Translations under genes and position numbers: made by a program | The notes under the pieces: generated by a model | The model's input: only the letters and a program-made list of their open reading frames with translations | Told to the model about the DNA's origin: nothing | Databases searched by the model: none | Source: Octopus bimaculoides | Taxonomy: Eukaryota | Reading direction: 5' to 3' | Assembly (NCBI RefSeq): GCF_001194135.2 | Contig: NC_068989.1 | Span: forward strand, 5,070,134-5,134,133 | DNA length: 64,000 bases | Shown: positions 13,818 through 26,500 of the stretch, one piece after another | How positions within the stretch are numbered: the first letter of the stretch is position 1 | Layout of the letters: the number at the start of each line of letters is the position of its first letter

Positions 13818-14695
13818 NNNNNNNNNNNNNNNNNNNNNNNNNNNNNNNNNNNNNNNNNNNNNNNNNNNNNNNNNNNNNNNNNNNNNNNNNNNNNNNNNNN
13901 NNNNNNNNNNNNNNNNNNNNNNNNNNNNNNNNNNNNNNNNNNNNNNNNNNNNNNNNNNNNNNNNNNNNNNNNNNNNNNNNNNNNNNNNNNNNNNNNNNNN
14001 NNNNNNNNNNNNNNNNNNNNNNNNNNNNNNNNNNNNNNNNNNNNNNNNNNNNNNNNNNNNNNNNNNNNNNNNNNNNNNNNNNNNNNNNNNNNNNNNNNNN
14101 NNNNNNNNNNNNNNNNNNNNNNNNNNNNNNNNNNNNNNNNNNNNNNNNNNNNNNNNNNNNNNNNNNNNNNNNNNNNNNNNNNNNNNNNNNNNNNNNNNNN
14201 NNNNNNNNNNNNNNNNNNNNNNNNNNNNNNNNNNNNNNNNNNNNNNNNNNNNNNNNNNNNNNNNNNNNNNNNNNNNNNNNNNNNNNNNNNNNNNNNNNNN
14301 NNNNNNNNNNNNNNNNNNNNNNNNNNNNNNNNNNNNNNNNNNNNNNNNNNNNNNNNNNNNNNNNNNNNNNNNNNNNNNNNNNNNNNNNNNNNNNNNNNNN
14401 NNNNNNNNNNNNNNNNNNNNNNNNNNNNNNNNNNNNNNNNNNNNNNNNNNNNNNNNNNNNNNNNNNNNNNNNNNNNNNNNNNNNNNNNNNNNNNNNNNNN
14501 NNNNNNNNNNNNNNNNNNNNNNNNNNNNNNNNNNNNNNNNNNNNNNNNNNNNNNNNNNNNNNNNNNNNNNNNNNNNNNNNNNNNNNNNNNNNNNNNNNNN
14601 NNNNNNNNNNNNNNNNNNNNNNNNNNNNNNNNNNNNNNNNNNNNNNNNNNNNNNNNNNNNNNNNNNNNNNNNNNNNNNNNNNNNNNNNNNNNNNN
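13818..14695. other. Assembly gap. Other gaps: 18345-18613, 20167-20196, 25395-25404, 33533-33542, 34182-34293, 57762-58178, 60945-61068, 63106-63205
   Basis: Runs of N. Confidence 1.
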
Positions 14696-15074
14696 CCCCA
14701 TTGAGGCCTCTTGGTCTCGAATCAAAAGACGGTTGAAGTATATCACTGGATCATTGGGCCATAATGAAATGGTCTCGAGTCGACGAATCTATGTATGGAG
14801 AAATGTTATGGATTTACGGCGAAGAAAAATTTCCAGAATTTCTCTATATTTCTCAAAAAACATTGCCGAAGTTTATCTCCTGCCTAAATTCCAATGGCGG
14901 AGGTTTCAGTTGTAAGAAACAAAATGAAAACTTTAATTTCACTTTGTGATATTACTGCGGGAAATTACTCTGAAAGAAACCTTTACAGAAAGGTGAGTAG
15001 ATTGATTACATATTTCTTTCATTATGTTATCGCAATTTTGTAAGATTTGACTTTTATTGTAATCAATGATCACT

Positions 15075-15614
15075 TGACAGTTGTGTCTCTCACAAGTGCA
15101 TCAATATCAGGTGTCGAATCTTGAGTAGCAGCCAATTTCATGATGTCATTTAGGTGCTTATGTGTGAGCCTTGAGCGCAGAATTGTTTTATTAATGCTCA
15201 GTACAGAGAAACCTTGTTCACAAAGGTAGGTAGTCCCGAACATGCACAAAACTTTCGCAGGAAGGGCTGTCAGTTTGGGGTACTTTGGCGAGAGACACTG
15301 ACAAAACGTGTCCAAGCCCAGCGAGGTAAATTTGTTCTTCAACTCTGAATCACGCTGCATATTGATCTGTTGATGTTGAAGTTGATCTGCCCGTCAACAT
15401 CAAGTTGGATGTTTGTTGACAGGCAGATCAGAGGCGTTCACTGTAAATGGTGAGCAAAGAACTGTGAAATCTGTCTCAAGTTCAGCAAAAATCTGAAACT
15501 GTTGCTCAAACTCTCGCAGCAATCCCGTGATATTGTCTTTGTACCGATTCATGTCAATACCATCTGCGGTCGCAACCATATCTTTTAGACAAGAAAAATA
15601 AGCAGGGTGATCAC
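15075..15614 (-). pseudogene. Decayed hAT (SPIN/Charlie/GTF2IRD2-like) transposase C-terminus including dimerisation domain
   Basis: ...KYPKLTALPAKVLCMFGTTYLCEQGFSVLSINKTILRSRLTHKHLNDIMKLAATQDSTPDIDALV. An upstream frame reads DMNRYKDNITGLLREFEQQFQIFAELETDFTVLCSPFTVNASDLPVN. Frameshifted. Confidence 0.85.
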
Positions 15615-15624
15615 GTGCATATGC

Positions 15625-15830
15625 TTCGAAAATCCCTGGAACATTCCTCTTCTAATGGAGATGGCTTTGGTTTTTATGTGTCCCTCTTTCGTCTGGAGCT
15701 GTAGCACTGTCTGCCATTTATTCATAGAATGTTTTATATATTTTAGGATTATTGGTGCTACCTTGTTCATGGCCAGTGTTTCTTGGATCCCTGTTTGGGG
15801 AATAGTATCAAAAGCCTTTCTTTCGCTGCA
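15625..15830 (-). mobile_element. Non-LTR retrotransposon RT fragment (R4/Dong-NeSL-like)
   Basis: KAFDTIPQTGIQETLAMNKVAPIILKYIKHSMNKWQTVLQLQTKEGHIKTKAISIRRGMFQG contains the RT KAFD and RRG.FQG motifs. Confidence 0.8.
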
Positions 15831-17042
15831 GTTGGGATATTTTGGTCGGCTTCTGTGAACACGGCTAATTTCCCTTTCGGCAGAGAGAGATTCCGGGATT
15901 TTTTTTAGTTTGAATCTCATTCTGGAAGAGGCAACTACTTCGTCCAAATATTTCAGCTTTGATGTTGATTGAAAGAGAACTAAAAGAGACGCAGGTAAAC
16001 ATTCGTCTCAGTTATGGCATTATGACGTCATAGATATATTTGAAATCATAATCTAAATTCTAATGCAATATTCTCAATATCGCAAATGTTGACAGAAGAG
16101 CAGTAATTTCGAGGGAGGGGATTATTCGATTACATCGAACCTAATGATTAACTGGCATTTATTTCATTGACCCCCGAAAGGATGAAGGGCAAAGTCGACC
16201 TCAGCGGAATTAGAACTCAGAATGCAAAGGCCTGACCTAATGCCGCTAAGCATTTTCCCCCGGTATACTAAAGATTCTGTCAGCCATCGTCTTATTTAAT
16301 AAATCAACAAATCTTATTTCAGTAAAGACAATCAGATGGTGTAGGGGAGATAACTCAAACTAAAACGCAATCTGTCTATGATCGCCTCCCTTTGTTAACA
16401 GTTGCCAGAATGATTCTCCTTCAAAATTACGTTAAGAATGTCAGTGTGTGGAATACTCGGCCACATACAGTATTATGCACCGTATTGTTAGAGGAATTGA
16501 ACGAAAAACTGGGATTTTTTTCACTATGAGCCTTGTAGTTTCGAGTTCAATTCACCTTGGGCAGGTATCTTCTCTTACAACCTCGGGCCGGTCAATGACT
16601 TGTGAATAAATTTGATAAACGGAAACTCTGTGGATCCTCATCATGCATATTTGTATGTGCTCGCGCTTGTCCCTACTATCGCTTGACAACCGGTGTTGCT
16701 TTGTTGACACCCTCCCCCTAACTTAGCGGTTCGGCAAAAGATACCGATAAAATAAGTATCAAGCTTTAAAAAAGAAAAAAATTGAAAATACTGGTGCCGA
16801 TTTGCTCGACTGAACACTTCAAGTCGGTGCCCCAGCATGGTCGCAGTTCAATGACGGAAGCAACTAAAATGAGAGACGATAAATCAAAATTAATTGCTGG
16901 TAAAGGTACCGTATTTTGTTATGCAACCATGATATATCTACTCCCAAATATAGTAAAGCCTTGTAAGTTAATGTAGCGTCCCACCTGGATTAGCAGTGCT
17001 ATTCAATCACTGTTTAAAGTTATCTCTACAGACAAAGGAGTT

Positions 17043-17225
17043 CTACCAGAGGGACGAAAGAAGACAGGCAGACACAAGAAGACATGGCGTACCACCATCA
17101 AAGAAGATCTGAAGCAACTCAGCATCATTTAAGAAGATGCAGGCGACAATGCCGAAAACTAGGATGACTGGAGCCGTCTTGCTGTCCGATGCATGGGTTA
17201 GTTGTACAGAAAGAACTACGACTAA
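17043..17225 (+). mobile_element. RTE-clade LINE 3' end remnant
   Basis: PEGRKKTGRHKKTWRTTIKEDLKQLSII*EDA...DDWSRL resembles the RTE C-terminal GRPKKTW...EDL motif; contains in-frame stops. Confidence 0.7.
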
Positions 17226-17919
17226 GGCGAGATGATATGCAGGATATTTGACTGCTATTTTTTGCACGTTAAGCAGTCACGCACAGGTCTCTCATTGATT
17301 CTTTATAGCCGTTGTAGTCATCGTAAATATCGGTTAAACACCGCATGAGATACACTGGACATATTTCCTTCACGTTCGTGTATGATACACATTCCCATTT
17401 TTTTTCTTCTCAATCACCAGAGTAACTTGGGAGTTGTGGAAAAGCTTTATATTACTCGGACTATACGAAACAAGGGCTGACTGAAAGTCTGAAAACAAAC
17501 TAGGACGTTTAGGAGAAACTTATGAAAATGTTTTGGACGGGCAAAGGGTAAAGTTATCGCTAGATGGAATTTATTGCTTCGTAGTAATGTTTACACAACG
17601 AAGTAATTCGTACAGGACAATTTTGTGATGTAGGGGAGATAACTCTAAGAAAAAAACACGCTTCGTCTGAGAGTTAATATTTCGTTGTAGCAAATTAAAT
17701 CCTGTTGTATAATCCCCTATATTTTAAGTTTAAAAATCCTACTAGAAGCCCTCTTGACCCCTTGCAATTTTAGTTTTGTCACCTGTAATATTCAGTCAAG
17801 TTTAATTTTGCCTTTCGTCCAGTCTTGGCTCTGAGTACCAGTCAAATAATTAGTTAAATATGACCTTCACATTCAAAATCTGTCGGTTCATGCCATCTCA
17901 GAAATTATTTAAAATACTC

Positions 17920-18133
17920 TTTTCTACTCTAGGCATAATGCCCGAAATTTTGGAGGAGGGAGGGGCAGTCGATTAGCTCGAACCCAGTACGCAACTGGTA
18001 CTTAATTTAGCGACCCCGAAAGGATGAAAGGCAAAGTCGACATCGACAGAATTTGAACTCAGAACGTAGCAGCAGACGAAATACCGCTAAATATTTTGCC
18101 CGGCGTGCTAACATTTCTGTCAGCTCGCCACCT
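17920..18133 (-). mobile_element. tRNA-derived SINE family B
   Basis: Minus strand GGTGGCGAGCTGACAGAAATGTTAG...GAGTTCAAATTC (A/B boxes)...GATGTCGACTTTGCCTTTCATCCTTTCGGGGTCG. Other copies at about 5060, 8655, 16105, 25640, 28620, 28845, 41755, 50690 and 59660 (minus), and 31430 and 47860 (plus). Confidence 0.85.
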
Positions 18134-18734
18134 TAAATTATCTAAAATACCGTTTATCATTTCCGGCTTTGTTGTCGTCTCTTACCTTGTCTCTCACGTT
18201 TTTCAACTTGGGAAAATGTTTGTTTTGTGCCAGCTTTAGAAATCATTTGTAATCATCATCATCGTTTAACGTCTGCTTTCCATGCTAGCATGGGTTGGAC
18301 GATTTGACTGAGGACTGGTGGACCAGATGGCTACAGCAGGCTCCNNNNNNNNNNNNNNNNNNNNNNNNNNNNNNNNNNNNNNNNNNNNNNNNNNNNNNNN
18401 NNNNNNNNNNNNNNNNNNNNNNNNNNNNNNNNNNNNNNNNNNNNNNNNNNNNNNNNNNNNNNNNNNNNNNNNNNNNNNNNNNNNNNNNNNNNNNNNNNNN
18501 NNNNNNNNNNNNNNNNNNNNNNNNNNNNNNNNNNNNNNNNNNNNNNNNNNNNNNNNNNNNNNNNNNNNNNNNNNNNNNNNNNNNNNNNNNNNNNNNNNNN
18601 NNNNNNNNNNNNNAAGCAAACATCTTACCACACAGCCATGCTTGTTATCTATTTGTTGAAAAAAAAAAAAAAAATTTAATTAAAAACTACCTAGAAAAGT
18701 TATGAAGAAATTAATAGATCTGAAGGTAGCTGTG

Positions 18735-19030
18735 GAGATTTTTCATGGGGGAGCGCCATAGCCATGTGTTGAGAGGAATTCTTTGGAGGTCGAATAATTC
18801 ACTTCTGGAAATATGGGTGTTTCGTTCATCATCCTTAAACAAACCTTATTCAGGGACCTTTTGAGTGGAATGGGCTACTCAACCTGAAGAAAATTCTAAC
18901 TGGGTCCCACCTGCGGGGTCATGCGCTGTTTATCCTGATATGAGATCACCAGGTTGCACACATATGGTTGTGATGCACGTGCCTGGTGTACCCTTATCAG
19001 GCGGATAGTCATGGAGGGTATATTGGGATT
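18735..19030 (+). repeat. Interspersed repeat of unknown class; second copy at about 47455-47735
   Basis: Shared GGGGGAGC..CATAGCCATGTGTTGA.AGGAATTCTTTGG...GAAGAAAATTCTAACTGGGT.CCACCTGC. Confidence 0.65.
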
Positions 19031-19077
19031 TGTATATTTGTACCCTAGTGTCACTTTGATGGTGTGTGTTTCTCTCT

Positions 19078-19112
<35 letters not shown>

Positions 19113-19525
19113 ATAACAATTCAAAGAAGAAGAAGAAGAAGGTAAGAGTTTTAATTACAATGAAAACTATGCGAATATGCAATGAATGAACACTTTAGTC
19201 ATATTACAAGTGGGGGGAGGGGGTAAGTTTTAAAAAAATTGTAAAAAAAAAAATATTTAAAAAAATCCAAAATAAGAATTAAATAAATAATATAAAATAG
19301 GAATTAAAAAAAAACACTTCGAAAAATATACACATACAAAGCAAATTACATCTTTTTTTTTCTTGTTTTGTGTTTATACAACTTATGGAACAAACTCATT
19401 TCCTGTATGTGTGAATGTATGCATATACACACACACACACACATACATGTGTGTGCGTGTGTGTGTGTGTGTGTGTGTGGAGGAGGTGTATGCATACATA
19501 CATGTATGTACGCATATACATGCAC

Positions 19526-19562
<37 letters not shown>

Positions 19563-20332
19563 TACATACATACATACATATATGCATGTGTATGTGTGTG
19601 AAAGTATGTAGGTGTGTACATGTGTGTCTGTGTGTGTATATATTTCCATACAATAAAAAAAAAACAGAAAAACTTAAAAAATACACCTCGATACATGCAT
19701 GTATTGTAAGTGTGTATACAGTCTGATATATATATATATATATATATATAACATATGTATCGTAGGTGCATACATACTTTTTGTTTATATAAAACCTATA
19801 CCAAAAGATTGTATGCAAGCAGCAGCCCAAGGCTTTGCTAACTGGCTGGTTATATGTGAAACCTTTTAGGCATAGGGTTTGTGACCCTATTCACCACATA
19901 CACACACACACATACACGCATACATACACTTATTATATATACATTGGTTGGTTTTTTTTTTTTTTTGTTATCATGCCTTTCAAAACAAACCAGTCACTGA
20001 TCACGAAAAAGATAGAGAGAGAAGGCGAGAAAGAGAGAGAGAGAGAGAGGTGGAGAGAGAAGAGAAAAATTAAACAAAAATTTAAAAAAAAAAAAGTTTT
20101 CAGGAAGTAGAGTTGTGTTGTTGTCACGGTATGTATGAGAGAGAGTGTGTGTGTGTGTATTCATATNNNNNNNNNNNNNNNNNNNNNNNNNNNNNNTATA
20201 TATATATATATATATAGATCTGTATTTAAATGTACTACTGCACTTGACGCTGTCTGAGTCGACTTATTGTCAAAAGTAAGCTATAGCATCTTTTGAGCTT
20301 TATTTTTTTCATTAAATAAAATAATGATAATC

Positions 20333-20376
<44 letters not shown>

Positions 20377-20424
20377 TAATAATAAAAATAATGTTTATAG
20401 TGCAAGTGCAGCATTGAAATGTGT

Positions 20425-20544
20425 TCATGAAACTTGGGTCAATGTAGTATTGGCACTCTCTAGGTCAACAACAGGTTCGCAGTGAATAGTAGTCAGACTC
20501 CTCATGGCAGGAGACAGCTTGTGTTGGATGCTTTGTATGTAGTT
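20425..20544 (-). CDS. TMEM198: TMEM198 terminal coding exon 4 (NYIQSIQHKLSPAMRSLTTIHCEPVVDLESANTTLTQVS*)
   Basis: Acceptor ttttctctttcttatttttcag|AACTAC, phase 0; YIQS matches the family; TGA at 20427-20425. AATAAA on the minus strand at 20304-20299. Too short for the ORF track. Confidence 0.9.
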   Translation of the reverse strand, partial: NYIQSIQHKLSPAMRSLTTIHCEPVVDLESANTTLTQVS

Positions 20545-23500
20545 CTGAAAAATAAGAAAGAGAAAATTGAGAATTACTCAAACAAAGGAAGAAGCAAACG
20601 TGCCTTGTACATATACAATTAGGGCCTCACATATGCATTATACAGTAGGGAGTTGAAAAACTTGAAAACCTCAACAAAGGACTTAAGAAGACATCTCCAA
20701 CTGTGGGGAAATTTTAAAATCTAAAAATAAAAGCAAACAGGCAAAGCAGCAAATAATTCAAATAAGTTTGATTAATGGTACATTATTTACATGATTTACA
20801 TTTGATGGATATTTGTCCTCATCTTTGTGGTTAAGACAACATTTTGGCTGATATATCCTCCAGCCTTCATCAGGTGTCTTGGGGGAAATTTTGAACTTGG
20901 GTTCTCATTCCTAAGGTATTTTTCGATATTGTTGTTGTTATTATTATTATTATTCAGATCACTGTCTGGAATCGAACTTGGAATCTTGGGGTTAGTAGCC
21001 CGCACTCTTAACCACTATGCCATATAGAACTTTGAATTATGGGTTGACATCTTTGGAAAATGCTGACAACTGAAGACTGGAGATAGTCGGGCGCTAAACC
21101 CTTTAGCATTCTGATTACTCTGTCAAATGTAATGCTTATTTATTCACATTGTTTTGAATTAATCAAGCATTATCTTGTAACTTTGAGATTTCAATAATGT
21201 GCTTGTATATTTTTAGAATGACATTGTAGGGTAGGTGTGAAGGGTCGGATGTGGCTGGTTTGAACATGAAACAGAATATTTGGGCCAGTTACAGCCAGGT
21301 TATATGCTAAAGGGTTAAAGCTAACAAGTGGAAGTAAGAGATACATTTTAGTCTTATTAATCTCTTTGTTACCATCGTTTCACTGAAATACATTGCTTTT
21401 ATTTCAATTAGCTTTTGGAAATAATGAAAAATTCAATTAAAATTTAATAGAATTTATTATGCTTAACTTTGGAATTTTGATGGAAGATTTAATTTAGATG
21501 ATTTTAAAACAGGAATTTTTTATCGTACAGCTAGGAGCAGTCTTGGACAGATAGATGTCAAAAGGTTAAACAACCTCTGCAAAGAATTTTCTATTCAGTT
21601 TAATTAAGTGCAATCAGTTTATTCACACACGTATATATTGCAGACACAAACTGGATGTGTCGCTTCCTCACCTCTATTAACAGAAGGTAGTTGCCATTTC
21701 TTTCCATGCTGGTCAACTCTGACAAGCACCATTTTTAGATAATTGTCTGGTTATCTAATATCCTCTGAGAAACTGATTGGTAACATCAGTTGAAATCACT
21801 CTAAAACACTGTGTACTTCAATATATATAAACACACACACACACACACTAACTCACAAATGGAAACACAAACACAGACAAGCAGTGAACCAGCATAGTCT
21901 TACCTGTAATGACTTAAAACACACAATTTTTTTTTCTGGTATTTAAGTTTAAATAATAGATTAATTAACTCAATTATCTAATTTAAAATCAAAAATTTGG
22001 GAAGAAAACAAAAGGAATTGCTAAAAGACAATATATATATATATATATACATACATTAAAATGAAAGAAAAAAAATTACAGAAAAGTTAAAGAACAAACA
22101 AACAAACAAGCAAGCAAAGAAAACAGTTGTTAAGACACAAAAATTAAATAAAATTGAAACAAAGAAATGAGCCAAAACACAAATATATAATTAACAAATT
22201 GATTAATTTTAATTATAAATTTGGATAACTTGAAATGCATCACAAAGTATTATATACATACACATGTATGTACGTACATATGCACACATACATACATGCA
22301 CGCATATATGAACACACATGCACACACATATATCATGAACTAACTTTTACTTTCTCAGATGCAGCACGGAATTTTGTCAGTGAACAGGTCACGGTTTCAA
22401 AGCGAAAATATTTTGACAAATTAAATTTAAATGTTGAAGTCAGTCTGACGGTTTTTGTGTGTTTCTTAAATGGCTTATAAACACCTTCCATGCTGCAATT
22501 GTTTTTTGTCTCAGCACACGATCTCAGATCAGGTCACTTGCTATGCAAGTACATCTCCATAATAATAAAATAATATAAATCAGAATTATACAATGGTACA
22601 GCAACAGCAACAACAATAACAACAACAACGGTACTGATGATCATAGTGAATACATCACAAGTGTATTTCCTTAATACTTGTTAGAGAGAAATCAGAACTA
22701 ATCCCATATAGATTTCCACACCATTTGTGATAGTTACAATATGTCACCAACCCACAATGACCACCACCACAGAAAGAATTACTTTGGTTCTGGGAGTGAA
22801 ACCGAGAGAACTGTTCATCAATGATAAATAATTAATTAAACATGCAACAGAAACCAGGTAACTGATTGGTTTAGTAACTACTGCTACTAGTAGTAATTAG
22901 TAACTATTACAACTGCTACTACTACTACTTGTAGCAGTTAGTGATGAATGATGATGATGATGATAGTGATGATAATTGTGGTGAAGGTGGTGCAATGGTA
23001 GAGACAACAACAGGAGTGAGTGATGATGATGATGATGATGATGATGATGCAGACAACTATGATGGTGAAGATGGCATCTATGATGGTGGTGGTGGTGGAG
23101 ATATCAAAGATGACGGTGAAGATGAGGGCGGTGGCAGTGATGATGGTGATGATGGAGACATTGAAGACGAAGGTGGTGAGATGACAATGATGATGGTGGT
23201 GGTGGTGGTGATGGTAGAGATGATGGCAACGAGGGCGGTGGCAGTGATGATGGTGAAGATGAGGCTTACTGTGGTGGTGAGATGACAATGATGAGGGTGG
23301 TGGTGATGGTGATGGTGGAAACATCAATAATGGGAGATGATGATGGTGATGATGATAAAGGTAATGAAGGGGTGCTGATAATGATGAGGGCACCATGTGA
23401 AAGAAGCTTATGAGAAGAAGAGTTGAAAGCATACAAGAGGAAACTGGGCCCCTCTATTAAGGTCCAAACAATTCATAAGGACAGTAATATGCTGTATTTC

Positions 23501-26500
23501 TAGACATAGCCAACCCATAATAGTATAGAAAGAAATATGGATATTATAACAATAATTATCGTAATGGATAACGAACTGGATGATAAAGACATTAAATAAC
23601 TGTGAAGGTGATTAGGATAATAATAATGGTGACGGTGCCAATGGTATTATTTAACTGATTCCACAAAGAGTTAGACATTCCAGAAGAGGTGTAGAAACCA
23701 ATAATTTCCTGAAGAGGATTTTGACGAGAGAGAATCATGCCAGACCAAGTTGCAAAGATGGAGAAAAGATGAGAGAGATGAGTTAGTTTGAGGTTAATAA
23801 GAATCCCTGTCAAGAGGCAGACATCCGTCTCAGATTGGTTAGACATGCTACATTCCAGAAAACAGAGAAAGAGGGGAGAGTGGAGGGACAGAAAGGGAGT
23901 GAGAAAGTAGAGAGAGTAGGAGGATGAAGTGAAATGTGAGAGAAAGAAAGAGCACATGGGAGAGAGAGAGAGAGAGAGGGAGTGAATGGGAGGGTAGAGA
24001 GGGTGAGAGAATGAAGAGGAGCAAAAGAATGAAAAAGTGGGGGGGGGGGACCAGAAAGAGATGGAAAGTGTGTGAGATAGAGAGGTAGGAGGGGAAAGAT
24101 AGAGATGTAGAGAAATGAGAGTGGTAGCTAAGAGAGGCAGAGACAAGGAGAATGGAATAGGGGAAGTAGTAACGAGGAAAAGAAGTGGGTGTGACTTAAT
24201 ATAAGGAAAGGCGATGAAAGCCAGAAAGGGGCAGGAGACGAAGGATGGAAAAGGAAAAGGAGACCAAAGATGGAAAAGGAGGAGAAGATCAAAGAGAAAA
24301 GGAGGAGACCAAAGATGGAAAAGGGGAGGAGACTAAAGATGGAAAGGGGGAGGAGACCAAAGATGGAAAAAGGGGAGGAGACCAAAGATGGAAAGGGGAG
24401 TAGAGGAAAAAGGGAAGAAAGAGGGGAAAGGAGGAAGAGGCAAAAGATGGAAAGAGGGGAGGAGACTAAGAGAAAGGGGAGGAGGTTAAAGAGGGAAAAG
24501 GAGAAGAGACAAAAGATGAGAAAAAGAGACATGAAGGATGGGAATCGGAGGGGGGAAGAAAGTTAGAAAAGGAGGAAAGAAGAGAGCCAGAAGTGCAAGG
24601 AATAAAAAGACAAATGTCCCAAAAAAAAAAAACAAAAAAAAACAGGGTAGATTGAAAAAGAAGAGAAAGAAGTGAAAAGATATGTAGAGTGGAAACTGAG
24701 CGAATGTGTTAGAGAGAGAGAAAGAAAGAGATAAATGGGATAATGTTCCAGTTAGTACTACCTTAAAGTCGAACTTGATGTTGAACAGTGGTCATCAGGG
24801 CTATTGAAGGTAGCCTTCTCCATGAGGTGTGTGCCACTGCATACACTAGGGATCTTCATAGATTGGGAGACAACATCAACATACACACGCACACAAACAA
24901 TGAGGGAGAGAGAGAGAGAAAAAAAAAAATGAAATTAAAGAATTATAAGATGAAGAAGTTTGTATGTAAAAAGACAGTGAAATGGTTAAGACATATTTGC
25001 ACTGAGAGATGAGAGTGGCCTTGTGGTCAAACAAGTAGCAAGAATTTCATAGGATATATGTGGGCAGTACACTTGATTCTACAGCTACACTCCTGTCCCA
25101 TTCTGGTTCACCTGGTGGCTTGGAATATGTACCATGTCTTTGAGGAATACACAAACAACTTATCTGGGGAAGAGATTATACTGGTCTACTAAGCACACCA
25201 ACTCATCAATAGTGTGATATAAGAGGAGTAAAGACCCCCTTCAGTCAAGAATGACCGTAGTATTGCATCTAGAAAGTTCCCCTCCAAGGCACAAGTCCGG
25301 GCAAGGTTGTTTATGGAAGACCAGCAGTCACCCATGCATACCAGCCTCCCCTCTCCATGCCACTGATGTTATCCAAGGGAAAGGCAAAGGGGCCNNNNNN
25401 NNNNCCCTCTCCATGCCACTGATGTTATACAAGGGAAAGGCAAAGGGGCCGATACAGCTTGGTACCAGTGACATCACAACTCATTTCTACAACAGAGTGA
25501 ACTGGAGCAACGTGAAATAAAGAGTCTTGCTCAAGAAAACAACACACAGCTCAGTCTGGGAATTGAACTCACTACCTCATGATTGTGAACTTGACCCCAA
25601 CCACTGAACCATGTGCCCTAAAAAGCCTAGTATATTGGTTTCAAATCTTGGTACAAGGCCAGGAATCGCCTATGTGATTACATTGATCCCAGGAAACTGA
25701 CCATGAAAAGACGAAAGGCAAAGCCGAGCTTGGCAGAATTCGAACTCAGAGCGTAAAGGCAGACAAAATGCCGCTAAACATTTTGCCTGGCCTGATAATG
25801 ATTCTGCCAACTTGCCATTTTAGTGGCCTAGTGTATTAACCACAGTCATTTTAACTATTCTTTAGTCCAGTATCAATTTGGATTGATCAAACCTATAATC
25901 AAAGGCATTCTAGCCATGATCATCCCATCTCAGTATAACCTGACAAAACATGTCCAGAACCTCTTTGTTCTATGTATCTTCCCATAACACTGCAGGGAAA
26001 TTTGGCTGTTTTTTCTAGCAGGTCAAGCAAGCAAATATGTACAGGCTTCTTTAGATTATTGTGTTTCTGGACTATGTTAGCTAATGAATGTGACTTAAAA
26101 ACTAATTTCCTTGTAAAGAAGACCTGAGTATATTACTGGTACAGATTCCTGATTAGGTAAACTGAAGAGGTGTAGAATTAGAAGTGCACAGACCATGAAT
26201 GGCATAAATGCACAACTTGCAGGCCATAGGCATCTTAAGCCCCCACACATTGGTCGTTCACACTAGCCTCTCCCTGGAGACACAGACTTCTAGATTCTGC
26301 CATTCAAAAAATAAACCAAAAGTCTCCGAAAGCATCTTAAATCAGCCAAGGAAGAATGCATAGTTGTTGACGTTGAACTAAAATTGAATTATGAAAGAGA
26401 GCTGGATTGCCAGAGAAATGGAAATGAATGAAAGAAAGTAGAATGGAAGGAAGACACACAGACAGACAGACGGATAGAAAAGAGAGTTAAATAATGAGAG

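Noticed and set aside
13697-14746. Long ORFs spanning N runs (also 18266-18705, 57646-58314, 60783-61151, 63008-63288)
   Set aside because: Open only because gaps translate as X.
14764-14949. ORF with VDESM, reminiscent of the piggyBac transposase DE motif
   Set aside because: The rest of the peptide does not follow the piggyBac consensus.
20960-21025. tRNA-like sequence
   Set aside because: It is a SINE head, lacking a complete acceptor stem; not called as a tRNA gene.
21880-21930. CAG|GTAAGA on the TMEM198 strand in intron 3 (possible recursive splice site); similar plus-strand site at 61966
   Set aside because: Poor polypyrimidine tract at the first site and a mediocre donor at the second; such motifs are expected by chance in 64 kb.
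22938-23432. His-rich and Asp/Gly-rich ORFs
   Set aside because: Products of (GAT)/(GGT) trinucleotide tracts; no splice signals or non-repetitive coding context.
25345-25452. Direct duplication CCCTCTCCATGCCACTGATGTTAT..AAGGGAAAGGCAAAGGGGCC on both sides of a 10-N gap
   Set aside because: Most likely an unmerged contig overlap, not a biological duplication.
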